Shown here piece by piece: positions 17,381 to 25,953 of a stretch of 64,000 bases of DNA. The notes beneath the pieces were generated by a model. The model saw only the letters and a list, made by a program, of their open reading frames with translations, had not been told where the DNA came from and ran no database searches. The DNA comes from an uncultured Gammaproteobacteria bacterium (GTDB taxonomy: Bacteria; Patescibacteriota; Microgenomatia; Daviesbacterales; UBA10151): assembly GCA_964551605.1 (NCBI GenBank), contig CAZKCV010000001.1, positions 61,992 through 125,991 of the forward strand, in the 5' to 3' direction. How positions within the stretch are numbered: position 1 is the stretch's first letter; every line of letters starts with the position of its first letter. Both the position numbers and the translations under genes were made by a program.

Positions 17381-18319
17381 GTGAGTTCACAAATTCTTAA
17401 AAGTCCCCTTCCGTATATTGCCCTGATTGTTGCGCATCTCATCTGGGGAGGTAATGTGGTAGTAGCAAAAATTACCTTACAGGAATTTCCGCCGATGACA
17501 CTGGCACTTCTCCGCTTTGCCTTTGCTTCCCTGCTGTTAGCTCCTTTTTTCCTGGCAGAAACGAAAAAAGTAAAAATTGACAAAAAAGATCTGCCTAAGC
17601 TGATTGCCATTGGGGTTTTTATCATCACCTTAAACATAACTTTCTTTTTTGAAGGCATCAAAAGAACTACCGCTATAGATGCCTCTATTTTGGGCCTAAT
17701 CGTCCCCATACTTTCAGTACTCCTGGGCTGGTGGTTTTTGAAGGAGAAAATTTACCTGATCAATCTTGGCGGCATTAGCTTAGGTTTAATCGGAGCTCTG
17801 ATCATCTTAGGTTTGCCTAATTTATTTTCCGGGAGTGCTTCACTGGAAAAAGTCACCGGCAATATACTGATTATTATGGCCTCAATCAGTTGGGTAATTG
17901 GGGCAGTTATATCCCGGAAAATTTTATCTAAATACTCCTCTTTGGTAGTGACCGCTGTAGCCTTCTTAGTTGGGACAATAACCTTTTTTATCCCGGCAGC
18001 TCTGGAATATATTCAAAATCCGGGCTGGATTAGCCAGATTACTACCCTGGGAATTTTGGGCTTAATCTATATGACACTGCTTTCTTCCATTTCTGCATTC
18101 TTCCTGTTAGAGTGGGGCTTGTCTAAAACATCCGTAATTACTGCTGACCTGTTTAAATATATAGAGCCTTTTGTGACTACAACATTAGCTGTCCTTATTT
18201 TAGCTGAGAAGCTATCCAGCCAATTCTGGATAGGAGCTTTGCTGATCGCCATCGGAGCCTACTTGGGAACCCTAGCTAAAGAAGCCCACCATAGACACCA
18301 TAAGGCTCACAGGGTGTGA
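17381..18319 (+). CDS. DMT-superfamily (EamA) transporter, 10 TM
   Basis: Two EamA-like halves with multiple TM helices. 4-bp gap after hisS. Confidence 0.75.
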   Translation: MSSQILKSPLPYIALIVAHLIWGGNVVVAKITLQEFPPMTLALLRFAFASLLLAPFFLAETKKVKIDKKDLPKLIAIGVFIITLNITFFFEGIKRTTAIDASILGLIVPILSVLLGWWFLKEKIYLINLGGISLGLIGALIILGLPNLFSGSASLEKVTGNILIIMASISWVIGAVISRKILSKYSSLVVTAVAFLVGTITFFIPAALEYIQNPGWISQITTLGILGLIYMTLLSSISAFFLLEWGLSKTSVITADLFKYIEPFVTTTLAVLILAEKLSSQFWIGALLIAIGAYLGTLAKEAHHRHHKAHRV

Positions 18320-18402
18320 GCCTTGCGATAGTTCCACCACCTTCGGTGGTGTAATAACTATCTAAAGGCCCACAGAGTCTAGGTATTTTAAGCCTAGACT
18401 CT
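18304..18402. repeat. cluster of three perfect stem-loops after the transporter gene
   Basis: ggctcacagggtgtgagcc; ccaccaccttcggtggtg; agagtctagg-tattttaag-cctagactct (10-bp stem with CTAG cores). No trailing U-run. Confidence 0.5.
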
Positions 18403-18428
18403 TGACTCTCGACTCTAGCCACTATTTT

Positions 18429-18437
18429 TGCTATACT
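18429..18437 (+). promoter_or_regulatory. extended -10 promoter (TGcTATACT) placing the TSS at or next to the rpmE ATG (leaderless candidate)
   Basis: -10 ends at 18437 and the ATG is at 18445. No SD sequence. Confidence 0.45.
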
Positions 18438-18444
18438 ACTCTCC

Positions 18445-18771
18445 ATGAAAGCTAATATTCACCCGCAATGGCATCCGGAGGCTACAGTTACTTGTGCCTG
18501 CGGCAATACTTTTGTAACCGGCTCGACAGTGCCGGCAATTCGCGTGGAAATTTGCAGCGCCTGCCATCCGTTTTTTACCGGCCAGCAAAAATTTGTAGAT
18601 ACCCTAGGCCAGGTTGACAGATTCATCAAGAAAACAGAAACCTCTAAAGTAAAACAGATCGAGCGAAAGAAAATTTTAGAAGCCAGAAAGTCCAAAGTAG
18701 AAGAGAAGAAGAAAGACCGGCCGACATTAAAAGACCTGCTCCTGCAAGCCAGAAAACAAGTCTCTTCTTAG
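18445..18771 (+). CDS. rpmE: 50S ribosomal protein L31 (Zn-ribbon type) with Lys-rich C-terminal extension
   Basis: [23 protein letters not shown]...[14 protein letters not shown]. Confidence 0.85.
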   Translation: MKANIHPQWHPEATVTCACGNTFVTGSTVPAIRVEICSACHPFFTGQQKFVDTLGQVDRFIKKTETSKVKQIERKKILEARKSKVEEKKKDRPTLKDLLLQARKQVSS

Positions 18772-18882
18772 ATACCTCCCACTGTCATTCCAGACTTGAT
18801 CTGGAATCTATATAGATTCCTGCTTTCGCAGGAATGACAAGGTATAATAATCCTAAGAGCGATTAGCTCGCAAGATTTTCTT

Positions 18883-19818
18883 ATGAATCAAGATTACCTA
18901 AAAGAACAAATTGATCAGATAAACAGACGCATCCAGGACATCAAGTCTTTGCTGGAAGATCCGGAAATGGCTGAACTGGCAGCAGAGGAAATTACCGAGC
19001 TGGAAAGACAAAAAGAGGAATTGCAGTCATCAGTCGTCAGTCATCAGTCGTCAGATGATTCAAACAGTCTGACAGCTGACAGCGAAGCGATACTGAAATC
19101 TGACAGCTGTATATTAGAAATCCGCTCAGCAGCCGGCGGAGATGAAGCCGGGCTTTTTGCCGGAGATTTGCTGCGGATGTATACCAAGTTTGCTCTAAAT
19201 AAAAAGTGGAAGATTGAGGAACTGGACAGATCAGAGGGAAAATTAGGGCAAATTAAGGAAATTGTACTCAAAATAGTCGGAAAAGGCTGTTTTGACTTAT
19301 TAAAATATGAATCCGGTGTACACCGGGTACAAAGGGTACCCACCACTGAATCTTCCGGCCGGATTCACACTTCAACTTCCACCGTAGCAGTACTCCCCCA
19401 TGTCACGGAAGCACAGGTTGCTATTAATCCGGGAGATATAGAATTTGAGGCTTTCAGAAGCGGAGGCGCAGGAGGACAAAATGTTAATAAAGTCTCCACA
19501 GCCGTCAGACTAAAACACATCCCCACAGGAATCACAGTCACTGCCCAAACCGAGCGTTCACAGTTACAAAACAGGGGAAATGCCCTTTCGCTCCTTAGAG
19601 CCAAGCTCTGGGAAATGGAGCAGCAAAAAACTGTCGGAGATATTGAAACACAAAGATCTACTCAAGTGGGAACCGGTGAAAGATCGGAAAAAATCAGGAC
19701 ATATAATTTTCCCCAAAACCGGGTGACTGACCACCGGATCAACAAATCCTGGCATAATTTAGACAGGATCTTAGAAGGAGACCTGGATGATATCATCCAA
19801 ACCCTCTCAGTACATTAA
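18883..19818 (+). CDS. prfA: peptide chain release factor 1
   Basis: GGQ motif ([18 protein letters not shown]). Codon-recognition tripeptide region [17 protein letters not shown] is PxT-type. Contains the 7-bp tandem (cagtcrt)x4 at 19024-19054. Confidence 0.85.
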   Translation: MNQDYLKEQIDQINRRIQDIKSLLEDPEMAELAAEEITELERQKEELQSSVVSHQSSDDSNSLTADSEAILKSDSCILEIRSAAGGDEAGLFAGDLLRMYTKFALNKKWKIEELDRSEGKLGQIKEIVLKIVGKGCFDLLKYESGVHRVQRVPTTESSGRIHTSTSTVAVLPHVTEAQVAINPGDIEFEAFRSGGAGGQNVNKVSTAVRLKHIPTGITVTAQTERSQLQNRGNALSLLRAKLWEMEQQKTVGDIETQRSTQVGTGERSEKIRTYNFPQNRVTDHRINKSWHNLDRILEGDLDDIIQTLSVH

Positions 19819-20500
19819 GGGCTGGGTAGAATTTTACAAGTTAAAGTTTAAAGTTACCCCTGATGTTTTAATCCCCCGCCCGGAAACAGAATTATTAGTA
19901 GATGAGGTTTTACGGTACTGTAACCTGTACCCTGAAACCTGTAACCTGATTCTGGACCTTGGTACCGGCTCCGGAAATATTGCCATTTCCATTGCCAAAA
20001 ACTTACGTTTACACCCTTGGGGTGTAAACGTAACAATTGTTGCTACCGATATTTCCCAAAAAGCCCTTAAAGTAGCCAAACAAAATGCGAAGGTGTATGG
20101 AGTCTCCGACCGGATTATCTTTCTCCAGTCTGATCTGCTTAATTATTCAAAAAGTCGACGATCGTCAGATTTTTGTCAACTTGTTCCTGATATTATTGTT
20201 ACGAATCTGCCTTATATCCCGTCCGCCCGGATTCCCTACCTGGACTCTTCAGTCAAGGATTTTGAACCGCATGTCGCGTTGGATGGTGGTGAAAACGGCT
20301 TTAAGCTTTATAGAAAGCTTTTTCAACAGCTTAAATATAGGAACTGGACACCCAAATTACTCATTGGCGAAATCGACTACACTCATGGGGAACTGGCAGC
20401 AAATGAGGCACAAAAGTATTTTCCTGAAGCCTTAATTGAAGTTAAAAAAGACCTGGCTCACTTACAAAGGATCTTAACAATCGAGCATTTCACTGATTAG
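19787..20500 (+). CDS. prmC: release-factor glutamine N5-methyltransferase PrmC/HemK (short N-terminus)
   Basis: NPPY-type motif [12 protein letters not shown]-binding [12 protein letters not shown]. Overlaps the prfA 3' end by 32 bp. Confidence 0.75.
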   Translation: MISSKPSQYIKGWVEFYKLKFKVTPDVLIPRPETELLVDEVLRYCNLYPETCNLILDLGTGSGNIAISIAKNLRLHPWGVNVTIVATDISQKALKVAKQNAKVYGVSDRIIFLQSDLLNYSKSRRSSDFCQLVPDIIVTNLPYIPSARIPYLDSSVKDFEPHVALDGGENGFKLYRKLFQQLKYRNWTPKLLIGEIDYTHGELAANEAQKYFPEALIEVKKDLAHLQRILTIEHFTD

Positions 20501-21614
20501 GTAACTCCTGCAGTGCAGCGGTTAGTTCCCTTTCCCGACCATCATTCCAAACAGTCAAACTTAACCTGTCACCAATTTTCTTGCTGGCTATCGTATCCGA
20601 GATTTTTTTCTCTGAATCCACCGCCTGGCCATCGATTTTGGTAATAATGTCGCCTTCCCGTAAACCAGCCTCATCTGCCGATGAATCTGCCACCACTTCC
20701 TGAATAAATGCTCCCTGGGGCACTTCATTTAAGATTGCTACGTCTTTGGAGATAAACCTGTATCTTATCCCTAAGAAGGGCCGGGACACCGAACCTGTTT
20801 GAATGAATTCTTCCGTGATTTTCTTGACAGCATTAATCGGAATGGCAAAGCCGATATTTTGGGCCCCTTCAGTAGTAGCCACACTTACTCCGATAACCTG
20901 CCCGGCGGAATTCAAAAGCGGCCCGCCTGAATTGCCCGGATTAATGGCTGCATCTGTTTGAACCAAATCATCCAGACTTTCTGCTGTCCCTGAAAACGGG
21001 TCGCCTGCCACTACCCTCCTGCCCATCCCTGATACCACGCCGGTGGTCACTGTATTGGTAAACCGGCCCAAGGCATTACCGATGGCAATGACTGTCTGAC
21101 CAACCTTAAGCTTTGAAGAATCTCCCAGCTCTACTGCCTTTAAGCCACTGGCATCTATTTGAACAATGGCTAAATCCAAAATCGGATCCCGGTAAACCTT
21201 CCTGATCTCATACTTCGTACCCTCTTTTGTAACCACGTTATATTTAATATTCTGATCATCTATTACATGTTTATTGGTCACAATGATTCCCTTATCGGAA
21301 ACCACAAAACCCGTGCCGATGGTGCTGCTTTGGCTGCGGGGGACAGAAAAGGGGTCAAAGGGATTAAAAGTCCTGGTGGTAGCGCCAATAGCCACTACTG
21401 AAGGTGAAACTTTGTCAGCTGCGGAGATAACCGCATTTTCTTCGGAAACAACCCTCCTGGTTTCCTGGGTTTGCAGGTTGGGTAGCTTCACACCCGTAAA
21501 AGGCAGCCACCCCCTGACTTGTGCCTGATAGACTAAAGCGGCTGCCAATACACCTAAGCCGATGGCTATGGCAATCCCGCTTAAATTTGGCCTTGGTAGT
21601 TTTGAATAATCCAT
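20490..21614 (-). CDS. HtrA/DegP-family serine protease (trypsin-like + PDZ)
   Basis: GNSGGPLLNSAGQVIGV catalytic-Ser block, His/Asp blocks, C-terminal PDZ. N-terminal TM anchor. Confidence 0.85.
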   Translation of the reverse strand: MDYSKLPRPNLSGIAIAIGLGVLAAALVYQAQVRGWLPFTGVKLPNLQTQETRRVVSEENAVISAADKVSPSVVAIGATTRTFNPFDPFSVPRSQSSTIGTGFVVSDKGIIVTNKHVIDDQNIKYNVVTKEGTKYEIRKVYRDPILDLAIVQIDASGLKAVELGDSSKLKVGQTVIAIGNALGRFTNTVTTGVVSGMGRRVVAGDPFSGTAESLDDLVQTDAAINPGNSGGPLLNSAGQVIGVSVATTEGAQNIGFAIPINAVKKITEEFIQTGSVSRPFLGIRYRFISKDVAILNEVPQGAFIQEVVADSSADEAGLREGDIITKIDGQAVDSEKKISDTIASKKIGDRLSLTVWNDGRERELTAALQELPNQ

Positions 21615-21616
21615 TA

Positions 21617-22861
21617 TTACAACAGTTCCAGCGCTTTTTCCAGCTGCAAATCCTTGGCCGGCTCTGCTGTCTCTTCTGCCGGTACTAAACTTTGTTTCTC
21701 ATTTTCTATTTTAACATCAGGTTCAAGGCCCTGGGTATCATTCACCCACCTGCCATCAGGGGTTAACCATTTGGCTACCGTAATATGAATCCCTGTCCCC
21801 TCAGCCAATTCCTGGGCCTCCTGGATAGTGCCTTTGCCAAAAGATTTTTCTCCCACTAACTGAGCCCTTTTCCGATCCTGCAAGGCACCGGCAACGATCT
21901 CCGAAGCAGAAGCAGAACCTTTGTTAATCAGCGCGATTAGCGGAAGCTTTGTCAATCTGCCTGTTCTGTTAACCTTAAATGACGTCCTGACTTTATCTTT
22001 GTTCTCCTGCAAAACCACATCCCCTCCTTCTAAAAACTCCGAGCCGATAAAGACTGCGCCTTCCAAAAACCCGCCGGGATTATTCCTGAGGTCAAGGATA
22101 ATTGCCTCTGCATTAGCTGTTAGCAACCCTGAAACCCCTTCATTCCATTCCTCTTCCGTCCTCTCTCCAAACCGGGACAGCTTAACAATTGCCACCTTCT
22201 TACCTGAGCTTGTTTCCTTAAATGAAACCTCAACGCTTTTGACGATGATGGTATCCCTGGTCAAATTAAATTCCCTGGTATCAGAATCCCCCTCCCTAAA
22301 AATGGTCAGCTTAACTTCGCTGCCTTTAGGACCACGGATCAGGTTTACTGCTTCCGGAAGCGTCATATTGGCAGTATCTTTGTCATCAATTTTGACAATT
22401 TGGTCCTGGGGCAAGAGGCCGGCCTTTTGGGCGGGAGTACCGGAAAGCGGTGCCATTACCACTAATCTTTTGTCCTTATCAAACCCCAGCTGAATCCCCA
22501 CCCCTTCGAAACTTCCGTTTAATTCATCCTTGGAGAACTTTTGTTGCTCCGGCGGTAAAAAGACGGTATAGGGATCACCCAAAGCAGCCACCATCCCGGA
22601 AATCGCTCCGTAAAATAATTTTTTGGCATCGATGGCCTGCTTATCATAGTAGGAACGTGATAATAAATCCCAGGTGTCCCAGAAAAGTTGAAAATCCAAA
22701 TCAATTTTCTCAGGAGGAACTTTATTTTTTATGGTAACAGTCGGCCGGTAAGCTGCCCATTTAATCTCTACATCCCGATGGCCTGCCTGCCAACCTAATA
22801 AAAAGGCCAGTACCACTATTAAAACCAACTTGGTATTGATATTACGGAAGAAAGATTTCAC
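21617..22861 (-). CDS. C-terminal processing peptidase (S41, Ctp/Prc-like) with PDZ
   Basis: KGSASASEIVAGALQDRKRAQLVGEKSFGKGTIQ is the S41 catalytic Ser/Lys region. N-terminal TM anchor. Confidence 0.85.
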   Translation of the reverse strand: MKSFFRNINTKLVLIVVLAFLLGWQAGHRDVEIKWAAYRPTVTIKNKVPPEKIDLDFQLFWDTWDLLSRSYYDKQAIDAKKLFYGAISGMVAALGDPYTVFLPPEQQKFSKDELNGSFEGVGIQLGFDKDKRLVVMAPLSGTPAQKAGLLPQDQIVKIDDKDTANMTLPEAVNLIRGPKGSEVKLTIFREGDSDTREFNLTRDTIIVKSVEVSFKETSSGKKVAIVKLSRFGERTEEEWNEGVSGLLTANAEAIILDLRNNPGGFLEGAVFIGSEFLEGGDVVLQENKDKVRTSFKVNRTGRLTKLPLIALINKGSASASEIVAGALQDRKRAQLVGEKSFGKGTIQEAQELAEGTGIHITVAKWLTPDGRWVNDTQGLEPDVKIENEKQSLVPAEETAEPAKDLQLEKALELL

Positions 22862-22872
22862 AAATACAAACT

Positions 22873-23997
22873 CTACCCTATTACCTCAAGATTCGCAACT
22901 GGTACCTGCAGTTTTCGCCTCTTGGTTTCCACTGTGGCCAGGGAAATTCGCAGTCCGGAAGGCAAAAGGGTCGGCGACTGGTCAATGGCAACAAGTTTCC
23001 CCTGCTCTCCGGGATAAGAATTGCCAATAATCCTAACCTTTAAGCCAATCCTTAATTCCGTTTTATCCGCAGGCAGAGATTCTTCTGAATTGGATAATTT
23101 AGTCCCCTTTACTTTTTCCAAGCTGGAAGAATAGGGTGAAGGAAGGCTGATCATACCCTTATTCCCGTCAATGAAAACAAATTTCCCCTCATATTCGGAT
23201 AAAACTTCAAATATATCCTCACCCAAAGGGATTGAACCAAATCCTTCGCAAACCACCACTGAAATACCGATGTCGTTATCTAATTTTTTGGGAAACATTA
23301 AGTGGCCGCCTGCCATTGACCGGTAATCTTTTGCCTCTATGCCTCCGGTAATAATGCCGCTAACCCCGTTGGAGATAGCGGCAGCAATAGTCTCCTTAAA
23401 AAATAAACTGCCGCCCACCAGTATATAGCCGTCATAATCTTTTTGTACCTCACTTTTAGCAATCAAATTATCCTGCTTGCTTAAGATATGCAGGGTACCG
23501 TCGCGGAAGTGTCCGGACCCGAACATGCCATATATGCGGCTGACCAGGGTCTTAATCTTTACCTGCCCTTTTTCTTTATCCACCTCTTCCACTAAGCCGT
23601 GGACGCCGGCCGGCAGTTTTGATTTTTTCGGCAGAAAAGCAATCCGGACTTCGCCGGTTTCCTGATTAAAAAAGTCCAACACTCCGTCAGTAGGAGAGGT
23701 AATTACCTTTTTACCAAACAGCCAATCCTTTTTATAGGCCAACAGTTCGCCCTTAAATATCCTTTTGTTTAATTTACCAACCAGGTATTTTTCCACCTGA
23801 TGCGGCGTGACTGCCAATAAGTGAGCCAAATTGATGATCCGAAACCCGGAAGAAATACTGGCTTCACCAATAATTTCATCAGGTGAAACCTGTTGCCCCT
23901 CCTTAACAAAGAGCACGCCTTTTCCTTTTAATACCCTGGTAACTAAAGTGACCGCGTCTTTCTCCACCCTTTTCCTGAGACTAACCAAATTATTCAC
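22873..23997 (-). CDS. hypothetical protein (barrel-sandwich-hybrid-like N-region, KOW/SH3-like C-terminus)
   Basis: VKEGQQVSPDEIIGE lipoyl/hybrid-like motif; LKVRIIGNSYPGEQGKLVAI KOW-like. No family call possible. 11-bp gap to ctp. Confidence 0.35.
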   Translation of the reverse strand: MNNLVSLRKRVEKDAVTLVTRVLKGKGVLFVKEGQQVSPDEIIGEASISSGFRIINLAHLLAVTPHQVEKYLVGKLNKRIFKGELLAYKKDWLFGKKVITSPTDGVLDFFNQETGEVRIAFLPKKSKLPAGVHGLVEEVDKEKGQVKIKTLVSRIYGMFGSGHFRDGTLHILSKQDNLIAKSEVQKDYDGYILVGGSLFFKETIAAAISNGVSGIITGGIEAKDYRSMAGGHLMFPKKLDNDIGISVVVCEGFGSIPLGEDIFEVLSEYEGKFVFIDGNKGMISLPSPYSSSLEKVKGTKLSNSEESLPADKTELRIGLKVRIIGNSYPGEQGKLVAIDQSPTLLPSGLRISLATVETKRRKLQVPVANLEVIG

Positions 23998-24659
23998 AAA
24001 GACCTCCCGTCAATGATCAGGCCCAGTTTTCCGCCGTATACTTCAACCGCACTTTCTTGTTTGCCCAAAAACTTGCCGTTTCGCAAAGAATATTCTATCT
24101 CACACCGCTCTTTCGGACAGCGGATTACCCGGAAACTACCCTGTTTAACCTCGTATTTTTCACTCTTAAACTTTAGCCTGATCTTACCGCTGCTGTCTTC
24201 AAACTGCGGCAGTAAAACAGAGCCGACTATTTCATCAACATCATTGGTTAGCACAATTGTCCAGACATCCTCAAAAAAATCCTGCCTGGCCCGGCCCAAC
24301 AGCAAGCCGTCAATAAAGCTCAGGGTCAAACTTTCCAAATCAGGCACAAATTCCAAAAATCGCTTCGGTATTAAGATTTTCCGCAGGGTGATGTTTAAGA
24401 AAGGGTTGCTACCAAGCAAAGTATTGTTGTTCTTGCCTGTATCTTCTGGCCCGTTAAGTTTAAGAGCCTCACGGAGTATAGCCAGGTCAATCTGCATATC
24501 ATATTCTGTAAGAGGCAAGGCAGCCGGGTATAAGATTTTATTTGCCAAATAATTTTCCAACCTGTTGGCAGCCGGGATTGGCTTAAGCCAGAGGGCTATA
24601 GCTTCAGGGGAGATTTGATCTAAATTATCAAAGCTGTCAAAAAGTCCGGCAGTGGGCAT
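23994..24659 (-). CDS. hypothetical protein
   Basis: ORF with 4-bp overlap (ATGA) to the downstream gene. No motif recognised. Confidence 0.35.
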   Translation of the reverse strand: MPTAGLFDSFDNLDQISPEAIALWLKPIPAANRLENYLANKILYPAALPLTEYDMQIDLAILREALKLNGPEDTGKNNNTLLGSNPFLNITLRKILIPKRFLEFVPDLESLTLSFIDGLLLGRARQDFFEDVWTIVLTNDVDEIVGSVLLPQFEDSSGKIRLKFKSEKYEVKQGSFRVIRCPKERCEIEYSLRNGKFLGKQESAVEVYGGKLGLIIDGRSL

Positions 24660-24662
24660 GAA

Positions 24663-24717
24663 TCTAGTGTACCACTAGATAGTTATGAGTTGGTAGTTAT
24701 TAGTTCGTAGTAATTTC
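24663..24717. repeat. perfect CTAG hairpin (tctagtg-tac-cactaga) plus AGTTNNT heptad array directly upstream of the 24659 start
   Basis: agttatg agttggt agttatt agttcgt agtaatt at 24681-24717. Confidence 0.6.
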
Positions 24718-24718
24718 T

Positions 24719-25048
24719 CTACAACTTAGGAACAAAGGGAAGCAGGGCTAAATGACGGGCGTATTTTATGTTCCTGGCCACTGCCCGCTGGTGTTTGCTG
24801 CAGAGACTGCTCTTGGCGCGGGCCACGATCTTAACCCGGTCTGTAGTGAAACGGCGAAGAACCGCCATATCAGTATAGGAAGGCTCTGTTTTACCTTTGC
24901 AAAATAAACAAACCCTTTTTGTTCTGCCTGTATCCTTAGAGTCTGTTTCCTCAACTTCTGATACTTTTGATACCTCTTCTTCCTTTGATACTTTTTCCTT
25001 CACAGCAATCTTGGATATAACTTTTCTGGTAATTTTCTTTTCTGCCAT
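24719..25048 (-). CDS. rpsR: 30S ribosomal protein S18 (N-terminally extended)
   Basis: RVCLFCKGKTEPSYTDMAVLRRFTTDRVKIVARAKSSLCSKHQRAVARNIKYARHLALLPF. Confidence 0.85.
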   Translation of the reverse strand: MAEKKITRKVISKIAVKEKVSKEEEVSKVSEVEETDSKDTGRTKRVCLFCKGKTEPSYTDMAVLRRFTTDRVKIVARAKSSLCSKHQRAVARNIKYARHLALLPFVPKL

Positions 25049-25072
25049 TGGGGAATTATATATTAAATCTTA

Positions 25073-25564
25073 CTAGAATGGAAGATCGTCTTCTACTTCT
25101 TCTTTAGGGGCTGTTTTTTCTTTCTTTTCTTTCTCCGGCTCTTCCTCTACTGCTGAAACATCTTCTTTTGGCTCATCTTTTTTAACCGGCTCTACATCCA
25201 AATCACCAGGAGCCGCATAATCACTATTTCCCTTCGGAGTAAGCAAAATCATGTCTTCTATGACTATTTCCGTTACCTGCCTGGTCTGGCCATCCTGTCC
25301 TTCCCAGGACCTGGTCTGCAATCTTCCGGATACAAAAACGCGGTTTCCTTTTTTAAGAAGTTGGTTACAAAGTTCAGCCAGTTTATTCCAGGCCACTAAA
25401 CGGTGAAAATCTGCTTCTTCTTTTCTCTCGCCCTCTGTGACGTAAGTCCGGTTGGTAGCCATGCCAAAAGTACAAACAGCAGCGCCATTAGGGGTATATC
25501 GAAGTTCTGGGTCCCGGGTCAGATTACCTATTAGTTCAACTCTATTCCAAGATCTCGATGCCAT
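25073..25564 (-). CDS. ssb: single-stranded DNA-binding protein
   Basis: OB-fold N-domain RVELIGNLTRDPELRYTPNGAAVCTFGMATNRTY. Acidic C-terminal tail ending DDLPF. Confidence 0.9.
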   Translation of the reverse strand: MASRSWNRVELIGNLTRDPELRYTPNGAAVCTFGMATNRTYVTEGERKEEADFHRLVAWNKLAELCNQLLKKGNRVFVSGRLQTRSWEGQDGQTRQVTEIVIEDMILLTPKGNSDYAAPGDLDVEPVKKDEPKEDVSAVEEEPEKEKKEKTAPKEEVEDDLPF

Positions 25565-25570
25565 TTTTGT

Positions 25571-25598
25571 TTAGAAATTAGAAATTAAAAATTAAAAA
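25571..25598. repeat. 7-bp tandem array (ttagaaa)2(ttaaaaa)2 in the ssb-rpsF spacer
   Basis: The same array type is found at 56010-56037. Confidence 0.6.
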
Positions 25599-25604
25599 TT
25601 TCCG

Positions 25605-25886
25605 TTATCTTCTGATTAAGAGATAACGGAGAATATCTTCTTCTACTTTCAAAGTTTTGTCAAGGCCTTTTACATCCTTAGGGTCAGCGGAAATTTCAAT
25701 ATGGGCATAGTAGCCGGAAGTGTTCCTTTTGATGGTATAAGCTAAAGAACGGACCCCCCAAAGGTCTTCTTTCACAATCTTCCCTTCACTGCCGACTATT
25801 TTCTTGGTCATAGAATCAAGAAGAGTTTTCCTTTCTTTCTCTTCCAGCTCTGGTTTTAAGACTAAAGTTAAATAATATGAATTCAT
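25605..25886 (-). CDS. rpsF: 30S ribosomal protein S6
   Basis: MNSYYLTLVLKPELEEKERKTLLDSMTKKIVGSEGKIVKEDLWGVRSLAY. Start moved to the internal ATG at 25886. Confidence 0.8.
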   Translation of the reverse strand: MNSYYLTLVLKPELEEKERKTLLDSMTKKIVGSEGKIVKEDLWGVRSLAYTIKRNTSGYYAHIEISADPKDVKGLDKTLKVEEDILRYLLIRR

Positions 25887-25953
25887 GCTGGAAGGTATTG
25901 TACTAGGAAGCGGAAGATAATTCAATAGCTTAAGAATGTCAACTCCTGATTAA

